This document shows, one piece after another, positions 11,701-23,598 of a stretch of 64,000 bases of DNA; within the stretch, counting starts at the first letter, position 1; every line of letters starts with the position of its first letter. The notes below the pieces were generated by a model. It was given only the letters and a program-made list of their open reading frames with translations. It did no database searches and was not told where the DNA came from. The translations under genes and the position numbers were made by a program. Source of the DNA: Neoechinorhynchus agilis (taxonomy: Eukaryota; Animalia; Acanthocephala); contig CM121341.1 of the NCBI GenBank assembly GCA_051530055.1, forward strand, positions 6,736,784 through 6,800,783. The letters are read 5' to 3'.

Positions 11701-14700
11701 GTTTGAGTAGATCCACCAGCTGAGCTTTCCGGATTTGCGGTTGTTTCTGAACTTACAGAAGTCGAGATTGTCTTAAGAACCTCAACCGGAACTGTCGTTT
11801 CACTGTTGACCATTCCGTCACTCACGTTCGTTTGAGTAGATCCACCAGCTGAGCTTTCCGGATTTGCGGTTGTTTCTGAACTTACAGAGGTCGAGGTTGT
11901 CTTAAGAACCTCAACCGGAACTGTCGTTTCACTGTTGACCATTCCGTCACTCACGTTCGTTTGAGTGGATCCACCAGCTGAGCTTTCCGGATTTGCGGTT
12001 GTTTCTGAACTTACAGAATTCGAGGTTGTCTTAAGAACCTCAACCGGAACTGTCGTTTCACTGTTGACCATTCCGTCACTTACGTTCGTTTGAGTAGATC
12101 CACCAGCTGAGCTTTCCGGATTTGCGGTTGTTTCTGAACTTACAGAATTCGAGGTTGTCTTAAGAACCTCAACCGGAACTGTCGTTTCACTGTTGACCAT
12201 TCCGTCACTCACGTTCGTTTGAGTGGATCCACCAGCTGAGCTTTCCGGATTTGCGGTTGTTTCTGAACTTACAGAGGTCGAGGTTGTCTTAAGAACCTCA
12301 ACCGGAACTGTCGTTTCACTCTTGACCATTCCGTCACTCACGTTCGTTTGAGTAGATCCACCAGCTGAGCTTTCCGGATTTGCGGTTGTTTCTGAACTTA
12401 CAGAAGTCGATGTTGTCTTAAGAACCTCAACTGGAACTGTCGTTTCACTGTTGACCATTCCGTCACTCACGTTCGTTTGAGTAGATCCACCAGCTGAGCT
12501 TTCCGGATTTGCGGTTGTTTCTGAACTTACAGAGGTCGAGGTTGTCTTAAGAACCTCAACCGGAACTGTCGTTTCACTGTTGACCATTCCGTCACTTACG
12601 TTCGTTTGAGTAGATCCACCAGCTGAGCTTTCCGGATTTGCGGTTGTTTCTGAACTTACAGAGGTCGAGGTTGTCTTAAGAACCTCAACCGGAACTGTCG
12701 TTTCACTGTTGACCATTCCGTCACTCACGTTCGTTTGAGTAGATCCACCAGCTGAGCTTTCCGGATTTGCGGTTGTTTCTGAACTTACAGAATTCGAGGT
12801 TGTCTTAAGAACCTCAACCGGAACTGTCGTTTCACTGTTGACCATTCCGTCACTCACGTTCGTTTGAGTAGATCCACCAGCTGAGCTTTCCGGATTTGCG
12901 GTTGTTTCTGAACTTACAGAAGTCGAGGTTGTCTTAAGAACCTCAACCGGAACTGTCGTTTCACTGTTGACCATTCCGTCACTCACGTTCGTTTGAGTAG
13001 ATCCACCAGCTGAGCTTTCCGGATTTGCGGTTGTTTCTGAACTTACAGAGTCGAGGTTGTCTTAAGAACCTCAACCGGAACTGTCGTTTCACTGTTGACC
13101 ATTCCGTCACTCACGTTCGTTTGAGTAGATCCACCAGCTGAGCTTTCCGGATTTGCGGTTGTTTCTGAACTTACAGAATTCGAGGTTGTCTTAAGAACCT
13201 CAACTGGAACTGTCGTTTCACTGTTGACCATTCCGTCACTGAAGTTCGTTTGAGTAGATCCACCAACTGAGCTTTCCGGATTTGTGGTTGTTTCTGAACT
13301 TACAGAATTCGAGGTTGTCTTAAGAACCTCAACCGGAACTGTCGTTTCACTGTTGACCATTCCGTCACTCACGTTCGTTTGAGTAGATCCACCAGCTGAG
13401 CTTTCCGGATTTGCGGTTGTTTCTGAACTTACAGAATTCGAGCTTGTCTTAAGAACCTCAACCGGAACTGTCGTTTCACTGTTGACCATTCCGCCACTCA
13501 CGTTCGTTTGAGTAGATCCACCAGCTGAGCTTTCCGGATTCGCGGTTGTTTCTGAACTTACAGAATTCGAGGTTGTCTTAAGAACCCCAGCCGGAAGGGT
13601 GTTTTCGTTGCTGAACATTCGACCCATTACGGCTCTTTGCGTGAATAAATCAGCTGAGCTTTCCAGATTTAAGGTTGTTTCTGAACTTACAGAATTCGAG
13701 GTTGTCTTAAGAACCTCAACCGCATCTGTCGTTTCACTGTTGACCATTCCGTCACTCACGTTCGTTTGAGTAGATCCACCAGCTGAGCTTCCTGGATTTT
13801 CGGTTGTTTCTGAACTTACAGAATTCGAGCTTGTCTTAAGAACCTCAACCGGAACTGTCGTTTCACTGTTGACCATTCCGCCACTCACGTTCGTTTGAGT
13901 AGATCCACCAGCTGAGCTTCCTGGATTTTCGGTTGTTTCTGAACTTACAGAATTCGAGCTTGTCTTAAGAACCTCAACCGGAACTGTCGTTTCACTGTTG
14001 ACCATTCCGCCACTCACGTCTGTTTGAGTAGATCCACCAGCTGAGCTTTCCGGATTTGCGGTTGTTTCTGAACTTACAGAATTCGAGGTTGTCTTAAGAA
14101 CCTCAACCGGAACTGTCGTTTCACTGTTGACCATTCCGTCACTCACGTCTGTTTGAGTAGATCCATCAGCTGAGCTTTCCGGATTTGCGGTTGTTTCTGA
14201 ACTTACAGAATTCGAGGTTGTCTTAAGAACCTCAACTGGAACAGTCTTTTCACTGTTGACCATTCCGTCACTCACGTTCGTTTGAGTAGATCCACCTGCT
14301 GAGCTTTCCGGATTTGTGGTTGTTTCTGAACTTACAGAAGTCGATGTTGTCTTAAGAACCTCAACCGAAAGGGTGTTTTCACTATTGGCCCTTCGCTCAC
14401 TCGCGGCGTTTTGAGTTAATGCATCAGCTGGGCTTTTCGGAGTTGAGGTTGTTTCTAAAGTTTGCAATGTCAAAGATGTCTTAAAAACCTCAATTTCCGG
14501 CGAATGGGAAACAAAATCGTCCCATAGGGGAATAATCGCAGCTTCCGTAATAGCTTTTTCAGCTGAAGAGTTTTGGTTGTTTGTTTTTAATTCCTGTTGA
14601 TTCATTGAATTTGTCTCATTCGCCATTTGACTATGTTTTCCATCCTTATTTGCTCGTTCATTACAATCGCCATTGCAAGCTCGTAAACATTTATGCCAAT

Positions 14701-17383
14701 TAAATCGCTTCCTTGTAGATTTATCACGATTGATATATTTTAAATAGCATTTTGCTTGGCACCGCGTAGGACAGTTTAACATTGCGGCATCTTTTTTCCA
14801 AAGTTGGTAATCTTTTATGGTCGGTTCTTGATTTTGAACTTCATTTTCCCTGCCTTTACATAATCTTCTACATGGCTCGACACAGTCATGGAAATTGAAT
14901 TTATCCTTTTCCGGCTCATCGACGGCTTGATATTTTCTATTGCATGTAAGCGTACATTTGCGATCACATCGCTGTGATGGATTATAGAAAAAGTTTAGAT
15001 ACATCTTTTGTTTTTTTGACATTGAACTAAATTCAAATCCGCGACTTACGATTTCTATTTCATTATTTAAATTCTCCATTTGACTATGTTTTCCATCCTT
15101 ATTTGCTCGTTCATTACAATCGCCATTGCAAGCTCGTAAACATTTATGCCAATTAAATCGCTTCCTTGTAGATTTATCACGATTGATATATTTTAAATAG
15201 CATTTTGCTTGGCACCGCGTAGGACAGTTTAACATTGCGGCATCTTTTTTCCAAAGTTGGTAATCTTTTATGGTCGGTTCTTGATTTTGAACTTCATTTT
15301 CCCTGCCTTTGCATAATCTTCTACATGGCTCGACACAGTCATGGAAATTGAATTTATCCTTTTCCGGCTCATCGACGGCTTGATATTTTCTATTGCATGT
15401 AAGCGTACATTTGCGATCACATCGCTGTGATGGATTATAGAAAAAGTTTAGATACATCTTTTGTTTTTTTGACATTGAACTAAATTCAAATCCGCGACTT
15501 ACGATTTCTATTTCATTATTTAAATTCTCCATTTGACTATGTTTTCCATCCTTATTTGCTCGTTCATTACAATCGCCATTGCAAGCTCGTAAACATTTAT
15601 GCCAATTAAATCGCTTCCTTGTAGATTTATCACGATTGATATATTTTAAATAGCATTTTGCTTGGCACCGCGTAGGACAGTTTAACATTGCGGCATCTTT
15701 TTTCCAAAGTTGGTAATCTTTTATGGTCGGTTCTTGATCTTGAACTTCATTTTCCGTGCCTTTGCATAATCTTCTACATGGCTCGACACAGTCATGGAAA
15801 TTGAATTTATCCTTTTCCGGCTCATCGACGGCTTGATATTTTCTATTGCATGTAAGCGTACATTTGCGATCACATCGCTGTGAAGGATTATAGAAAAAGT
15901 TTAGATACATCTTTTGTTTTTTTGACATCGAACTAAATTCAAATCTGCGACTTTCGGTTGCCAGATATCGTGGATCTCTTTTCTCGTTAAAATCCTGCTC
16001 TTCTAATCCGCTTTCGCAGCGGCGATTGCACGGTCTTATACAATTGCTCCATTGGAATGCACTTCTTCCTTTTTCATCCATGCTCCACCATTTCTTGTCA
16101 CAGTATTTTTGGCAGTCGCGATTACATCTATACGTTATAGATTTTCTATTGTCAACTTGACGGTCACTGGATTCTTTGTTTACTATTTGATTTTCATAAT
16201 CATGTTCCTCATTTTTCTCAAACTTTAATGATTTGTAACTTGGGATGCAATCTCTTAAGCAGTCATTCCATACCAACGCGCTCCTTTGCCTTTCGTTTAG
16301 CGTTAACCATTCTCTATAGCACCTCTCATGGCATTCTATGTAGTGGTCATCCGAGTGGAACATTGATTTTTTAACATTTTTTGAATCTTGTTTTCCTGCA
16401 TCTCTAAATCTCTGCACAGTCTTTGGTTCCGTGTCCTCGACCATTAATGTAGGCGCTGAGCTATCTTCATTCCATTCCTGATGATCGATACCGCTAGAAT
16501 ATACAAATTTTCCGCTTTTGGCCAATTTAGGGAAACACTTTTGCATACATCGTTGCCGGCAATCTTGAATTATATTTTTCTCATTGCGATGGTTTTCCAA
16601 GGGACAGTCGGATGTACAAGTTTTATAACATGCAGAACGTTGATTGCTTTTTAAATCGAATGAATGATTTTGAGACTTCGGTAGTGTTATGTAGCGTTTT
16701 CCCATCATTTCAGAATTTTGCTTATGTTTTCCTCCTTTGTACCATCTGCTCCAGCTTTCCTTGTAGCTTCCAGTTCGATAAATATACTCATTGTCTTTAG
16801 TTTTGAACTGTGCAATACAATCATCAGTACACGGAGAAATACATCTATGCCAGTTGAACAGTTTCCTTTGCTGCTTTGGTAATTTATCGTATTTATTCGA
16901 ACAACTATCGCTACATCTCTCATCGCATGATTGAATCAACATTTTCTCTGAATTTTTAAGCATATCATTGTTATCAGCGCTTTCTTTGCTCACAGTACCT
17001 CGGTGTAATTTTTGGCCGTTAAACTTTTCCTTTAATTTATAACAGTTTCCTTCTTTACACTTTTCAACACAGTCTTTAAACTTAACTTTGTTTTCTATAC
17101 CGTTTATTGACTCTCGACATTGTTTATCGCATTTTTCATGGCATAAATCGGTCGTTTCATTTGCATTCTTATGTTTGCTAAAAGTATTTGATTTTTGCTT
17201 TATGTAATCTTCTTGCCAGGATGTTCTTTTACAATTCGTTGCATTGCAACTTTTGAATGCTTTTCGATTATGATATTTGGAATCTCTATTACCATATTCT
17301 ATTGTATAAGATCTTCCATTTGCAAGTTGAATGGTCGGTCGTATTACTATAATCACAAACAAAGTCAAAACGCCGAAATTCAT
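8750..17383 (-). CDS. Giant intronless secreted protein (~2,880 aa if two frame breaks are repaired): signal peptide, Cys-hairpin modules, Ser/Thr-rich 43-aa repeats, Cys-rich C-terminus
   Basis: First ATG at 17383 (MNFGVLTLFVIIVIRP; the ORF-track start at 17410 is TTG). Three ORFs abut with breaks at ~13049 (1-nt loss) and ~11627 (partial unit). Confidence 0.88.
9880..14440 (-). repeat. Coding tandem array, 129-bp (43-aa) unit, ~35 copies including degenerate ends
   Basis: TGTCGTTTCAC at 11081 and 11210 gives a 129-bp period; unit VNSETTVPVEVLKTTS(T/N)SVSSETTANPESSAGGSTQTNVSDGM. Confidence 0.97.
14620..15960 (-). repeat. Three near-identical 453-bp (151-aa) coding repeats, each carrying two 6-Cys modules
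   Basis: GACAT.GAACTAAATTCAAATC at 15018, 15471 and 15924. Confidence 0.95.
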
Positions 17384-17804
17384 GGGAAGTACTGGGACTT
17401 TGTGCTTCAACTTTGTTATATATTTCGTTAATTAATCGCCGTTGAACAAACGGCGTTGCTTTAGTGACGCTGATCGATATAAGCAATCATTCACTGTCAC
17501 TATGGTCACAGAAACTTAGTTTGTGTAAATGCTTATATAGTGCAGAATTTTTTAATTTCAGTAGTGAAAAACCTTTCAATTTTACATTAGACGACGTATA
17601 TTTAAAATTTCAATGAGCATTTAATATGTTTTAAGCATATATATCGTCTATCTAATCACAATACGTTCACATTTAACAAAATTGCGATAAGACGCGCAAA
17701 TAATTCATTTAAATACCACAAATTAAAAAGTACAATTTTTCTATTAGCTACGTGAGTATTTAAAGTGTGAAACCAGTCGACTAAAGGTGATTACCATCCA
17801 CGTT

Positions 17805-18160
17805 CATAATCCTCCGGATCCGCCCTCCACCACTCCGGATCCGTCATCCACTCCAAATTTCCGGATCCGTCATCCACCACTCCGGATCCGTCATCCACTC
17901 CAAATTCCGGATCCGTCATCCACTCCAAATTCCTGATCCGTCATCCACTCCAAATTTCCGGATCCATCATCCACTCGAAATTCCAACTCCAACATCCACT
18001 CCAAATTCCGGATCCGTCATCCGCTCCGAATTTCCTGATCCGTCATCCACCACTCCGGATCCGTCATCCACTCTACTCCAAATTTCCGGATCCATCATCC
18101 ACTCGAAATTCCAACTCCAACATCCACTCCAAATTCCAGATCCGTCATATACTCGAAATT
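17805..18160. repeat. GC-richer minisatellite of ~21-25-bp units (CCGGATCCGTCATCCAC[CAC/TCCAAA])
   Basis: Repeated CCGGATCCGTCATCC core; variable unit length breaks any reading frame. Confidence 0.9.
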
Positions 18161-18739
18161 CAGGTGATCACGAGGACCCACAGGTACACGGTTCCTCTTC
18201 TTTATCAAAATAAAACGTGTTATTGTACTGAGAAGAAGTAAATCGGTTTAAATATTTTTCGAATTACACATAATTGAAATTTTGTGCTTTTATAAGATTC
18301 AATGGGTATTGCGTTTGTTAATCATGGCACTCATTATCAATGATATCCTTAGAGCAAGATGCGGTTTGAATCTTTTGAGTCAGATTTTCTCTTTTAAAAT
18401 TTTTTCAAATTAATAATTAATTGCGCGACGATTTAGAAGATTACAGTAGAAACTTCTATGAGCGAACAAAACAGATAACACTTAATAGTGGAGGCGAAAA
18501 CGACAACAGGCCTACAGTTCCGCTTGAAGATTGTATGATTGCCCCGAGATTCAAAACATGGACGTTAAATTGCTAAACTTTTGTTCATACTAAAACGAAA
18601 CTGCACTTCTCTTAATCCAACCGATCAATCTTTACTATTGTTTGGAATAAAATATTTGATTCTATTTCATCGTTTTAAAGATATTTGCCAGGAACGCTAA
18701 TTTTTTTATAAAAGTTAATATACGAGCGAAGGAGCATCT

Positions 18740-19150
18740 TTATCTCCCATTACCTCGAAAATGCAGCATTTCCTTTCTGAATTGCTGATTGTCTGATAAA
18801 AATAGTTGGCTGTACCCTTTGATGTTATTGCGATTAACCATTTTCGGTCCGACGGTACCATTTGTCTCAATGGCGAGAGGTTTGAAATTGTAGAGCGACG
18901 GATCGAGGCATTTATATTTGTCCCTTTCCGCCACTTCGCCGGCTCTTGAAACTGTAAGCATTCGGGTCTTATGGAATCGCAGAGATTGAACAAGCCACCT
19001 GGAAGCCTAGTGCCGAAACGAGACCAAAGGAGCGGTCATCCGTTTTAATACCAATCGACGGTACTGATGTATCCATTGAGACAAGCAGTTCGAGTTTTTG
19101 CTCGAGCATTCAATTGCTAATCGATAGAATTGGTCATTAATTCCCGATCG
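18740..19150 (-). mobile_element. Third decayed CRE-type RLE fragment
   Basis: AGEVAERDKYKCLDPSLYNFKPLAIETNGTVGP, then frameshifted SAIQKGNAAF. Confidence 0.7.
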
Positions 19151-19481
19151 GCCAGATAAAAATGCTGATAAAATTATAGTAGTAAAGCGGCTTGTTCGGG
19201 ACACGAATGAGCCAAAGACTGTTATTGAACTGAAATCACTTTGTTATACTAATCGTATTTTTCACAAGAATTCTCTTATATAATAATTTCTCGCTTCAAA
19301 TATCTGTGTAGCCTCAACTTAAAGATTTTGGAAATAATTAGCAATCAATGCAGAAAAGTATGGACCAAAGGTTTTCTCTCATGTCTCGACCATAGCTCAA
19401 GCACTGAACGGTCGCAAATGAACTAAACACCATGGCAACGAATATAGGAGATGTTATCTGGAACAGCAATAAGCCAAACTA

Positions 19482-20015
19482 ATGACCTATGAAAGTCATT
19501 GTATTGCTGAAGTAAACTATGAACTTTGTATTTCACCCAAAAACTTTATCAGAAAATTAAACCACCGCTGTCGAATTTTCGAACGTAGCGAAGTGAAACT
19601 TTTTATTCATCGAATAATGGACGACTTCTACACGGACAAAGCAATTTCGATGATTTTAAACGATTGCAATGTTGTAGTTACAGCCCGGCGGCGGTCCGAT
19701 GGACGCTTAATCGGTATTTTGCTATCGGACGGCAAAAATCAATTAAAATTCAATTCCTTCTATGTTGCATTTGTTGGCGTGGACGAATATTATCGAAAGC
19801 AAGGAGTAGGCACTGAAATGTTTCAACTTCTTTTCTCGAAATCGGATGCATTACGTCTTCACGTGGCTACATCGAACAGTAGCGCCGTACGATTTTATAA
19901 GAAATTAGGATTTGTAGATTTGGCAATTGAATACGATTACTACAAAAACCAGAATATTGCTAGACCCCAGTGGTGCGATGCGTTGGTAATGGGATGGCGT
20001 CGGAACATTCCTTAA
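19482..20015 (+). CDS. GNAT N-acetyltransferase (NAA50/ARD1/RimI-like), single exon
   Basis: Motif A VGVDEYYRKQGVG; LHVATSNSSAVRFYKKLGF..YY..DALVM. Confidence 0.85.
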   Translation: MTYESHCIAEVNYELCISPKNFIRKLNHRCRIFERSEVKLFIHRIMDDFYTDKAISMILNDCNVVVTARRRSDGRLIGILLSDGKNQLKFNSFYVAFVGVDEYYRKQGVGTEMFQLLFSKSDALRLHVATSNSSAVRFYKKLGFVDLAIEYDYYKNQNIARPQWCDALVMGWRRNIP

Positions 20016-20579
20016 ACTTTAGATCTTAATAAATAGCGCTATTTAGGGAAAATTTGAATGAGGAAAGATCCGTTTTAAGGTGTAAATATGATAGGAAAAA
20101 GAAATCTCAGCACATGGAAAAGTAATGCAATGGAGCGTGTTTTCCTGCTAATGCAAATTAGCATTCAATATTTTTGATTTGTATTACAGTTAACAATTTT
20201 TGGAGCTGTTATTTGGGTCACTTGTCTACACCCGAGAAAAGGGATCATTAAAGACAATGTTTTTACGGCATGAGCTATTTTTGATGGGTAATTTTAATTT
20301 AGAACTTTGAAATTCGAGTAATCCATTTGCAGCTAAGTTCCAAGACATTTTCAACGAAAAACGGAGAACACTAACCCACTCATTATTGATTTACCGCTTA
20401 TAGCGTCCTAAAATGAATTCAGGGAAACAACCACAACGCAAGTCTTTTGAAAGGCCCTTTGACTCATCTGAAAATATCACAAAAAGTAACAAAAATGACT
20501 AATTACTATCGCATTTTAAAGTATGATTCATTGAATTTCACGTCCGTAAAAAGGTATAATCCACCATCTTTGTCAAATA

Positions 20580-20891
20580 ATGCACGTTTTCATCTACTTT
20601 GTTACGTTCTTAGTCTTCGTAACAGCTCCGCCGATCTATATACAAGAAAGTAATATTTCAACTGACACTCAAATAGTAGAAAGATTCGCCGTTATCAAGG
20701 AAAGTTTTCTTTTCCCATCGCTAAATGTGGACAGATGTGGTACTCCTTTCCGAATACAAAAAAAGGAACATACGACACTTAATTCACCCATTTTGGGTCT
20801 TCATCAAATGAATAATATCTACGTGGAGGCTGAGCGAGATTATATTTTGTCTGAAGGTTACCTTAATCACGTTACTTCGCTTGAGGCTTGA
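20580..20891 (+). CDS. Hypothetical ORF with a hydrophobic N-terminus; possibly part of a decayed secreted-protein gene extending to ~21260
   Basis: MHVFIYFVTFLVFVTAPP; additional open frames at 20930-21260; no homology recognised. Confidence 0.25.
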   Translation: MHVFIYFVTFLVFVTAPPIYIQESNISTDTQIVERFAVIKESFLFPSLNVDRCGTPFRIQKKEHTTLNSPILGLHQMNNIYVEAERDYILSEGYLNHVTSLEA

Positions 20892-21893
20892 GCTTTCATA
20901 TTGTGGGTCGAAGTTTCCTTAAAACGCTCAAATCTCATCTTATTCAATAGACACCACAAAAGACTGGCGAATCAATTATATAAAAGCTGATGTAGGTCAG
21001 AATGGAGTATTTGTTTACCATCAGGACAATTCGGTTGCATTTAAACAGGATAGCGGCCTCCTCTCGCCATTATTGGAAATATGTGCACATTTCTCAATTT
21101 TCTTAATGCCACAAATCATTGTCCACGGATTAAATTTGATTGTACGTTGGCGAGTCATTTATTTTCGAGAAATATCTCACAAGGTTTTAATTGCTTCTTC
21201 AGTCGCTATTGTTTGCAAATTGCAAGGAAAACCTTGCGAAATATTTCTCGAAAATAAATGAGTATCGATAACACCGGGGACAGGATTCGCCAACGTACAA
21301 TTTCTCAATTTCATTGGTTAAAACTTGAAAGAGATTGAGAAACGTACACTCACGTAATTTCAACACATTCAGGTACCTTCTAGACATTTGCTTGACAAAA
21401 TTTAGGCGATCATTTGTTATGCCTGAGTCTCTATTGAGAAATCGAACGACTTCATGCAGCGGTTTAAAACGAATTGACGAAAAAGACCATTATAACAACG
21501 AATAATTTTTCTTTTAAGTAATAATTTTGTTCTTCATCGCATGTTCGGCGATATGATAAATGGTTCAGAGAGAAATAGCGTAAAAATAATTGAAATTCAA
21601 AATCATAAAACGGTATTAACGTGAATTACAAATTTAGAATGGCAATTATTCCACGTTTTTTATATTTTAACTAACGTTTGAAACGTATACTAAAAATTAA
21701 AAATGTAGCACACTAATTAGAATTGCGGCATAAAACGTTTAGTCGAATTACGATATTTAAAAACTTCTTAAGATTAGTTTTTCTGTAAAGTTTAAATAAA
21801 TATGTAACTCGATAAAATCCATTGATAGACTTAAGCGGTTAGCGCGTTTACTTCAAATTCAATACCAATGCTGATATTTTTCATACATGAACT

Positions 21894-23410
21894 TTAGTGA
21901 TGAATCAGATCTTCTTTTCCATTAACATCCGAATCCGCAACGAATCCTGCAACGCCGAACGGATCAACCATTGCGCAATAGCAAAAGGTATACGGTCGAA
22001 TATAAGGTTCCTTAGGCTTAAACATATCTTCGATTTCCCACATATATCTCTCGTGTAAGCCTAGATCAGAAAGTTTAGCGCATATCTGCTTTGGAACTTG
22101 TCCTGAAACCCTCGCGAAAAGAACAGCAATCTTTGTGTGGTTATTTTTTGAAGCCAATTGTTTAGTCCATATCTCGTAATCATCGTCAATATGAACAGCT
22201 TTTCCCATTGAACCGAAGCTGTCTTGATTAACACGTATCAGAGGCAAATTTGTGAGAACTTGCAACGATTCCAGTGTAAGCTCATCTAGCGATTGTAATC
22301 AGACGCCATTCTGATTACAATTCAATATATCATTAGACATTATCAACGGAGCCGACCACATTGACCAAATAGCCATTTGATGAAGCTCTTGACTATGAGT
22401 CAATTTACCTAGTCCCACTAGTAGCATATCAGGATCATTCCAACTTCCAGGTCCATGAAATCGATTCAATTCGTCGTAGTGTGTTGTGTAGTATTTCTTT
22501 ATTCTTTTAACACTCTCCCAGTTCGATGATATATCGTAAAAGTTGCGCCATTGGTTGCAATATTTAGAGATTTGCTTATAGTTTATTTTCTTTCCATGGT
22601 CGAGTTGATAAATTGGCCAACTGCAAGCAAAAATAATTGGTCGTCCTGTGGCGTTAAGTTCAACGGAAACATTGCTGCAAATGAGTCCCTGTGCTAACTC
22701 GATAAGGAAAAATGCTATTTACTAGGGAGAGACAATTGTAAAAACCACCAATTTTTACCCGAGACATTCAAGTTTTACAACGACATGAAAAACTTTGTAT
22801 TCCGAATTGAATTTGTAGTTTCGGATGATGGTAAACCCGAGAAATACGAAATAAAAAATCATTACTTTCAGGGAATCACCTGGTCTTTAGGATATCCAAC
22901 ATCAAAAGACTCTGGATCTGCGAAACAACCGTCCATTTTTACATAATCCACACCCCATTTTGCAAAAGTTTTCATATCCAAATGTACATTCATAAGACTT
23001 CCTGGATATCCTGCACAAGTAAAATTTCCATAATCGCCATAAATTCCAAACTTCAGACCAAGTGAGTGAACATAACTGGAAAGGTCCTTTATCCCATTAG
23101 GAAAACGTTTATGATCAGCCTTCAACTCGCCTGTTTCATCGTCTCTCGTCTTTTCTGACCAACAGTCATCAATAATAATGTATTTGTATCCCGCGTCGGC
23201 CAAGCCAGTTCGGACAAGTCCACGAGCCTGTCGTCTAATCAATGCATCATTCAGACAGTTATCTGGATCTCGCTCACAATCGGTATGACATCCATAGCGT
23301 TGCCAACTAAGCCATCCCATCACCGGTGTTAATGCCAGACCATTATTCATGCATTTCACGGAGTATAAGAAGACGAATAGGAGTGTAAAACCCGATTTCA
23401 TCTGAAACAT
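21894..23410 (-). CDS. NAGA: GH27 alpha-galactosidase / alpha-N-acetylgalactosaminidase (3 exons)
   Basis: NGLALTPVMGWLSW, IIIDDCW, YVKMDGC, LNATGRPIIFACSWP, CNQWRNFYDI, GSWNDPDML, APLIMSND, VNQD. Introns from 22879 and at 22286-22318. Confidence 0.93.
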
Positions 23411-23598
23411 AATAGCATATTTTTCAAAGTTTTGCCTCGATACCTCATTTTTGCAGTAAGGAAAAACAAATATAGACGAAAAAGTGCACAATGACAATTA
23501 ACATAAAAGATCCATTAAGAAATTGCGTTTTTACGACACTATAGGAGTATATTTTTGCGGAAAATAATTCAATAAGAACTGTTTTCAGGAAGATCCCG

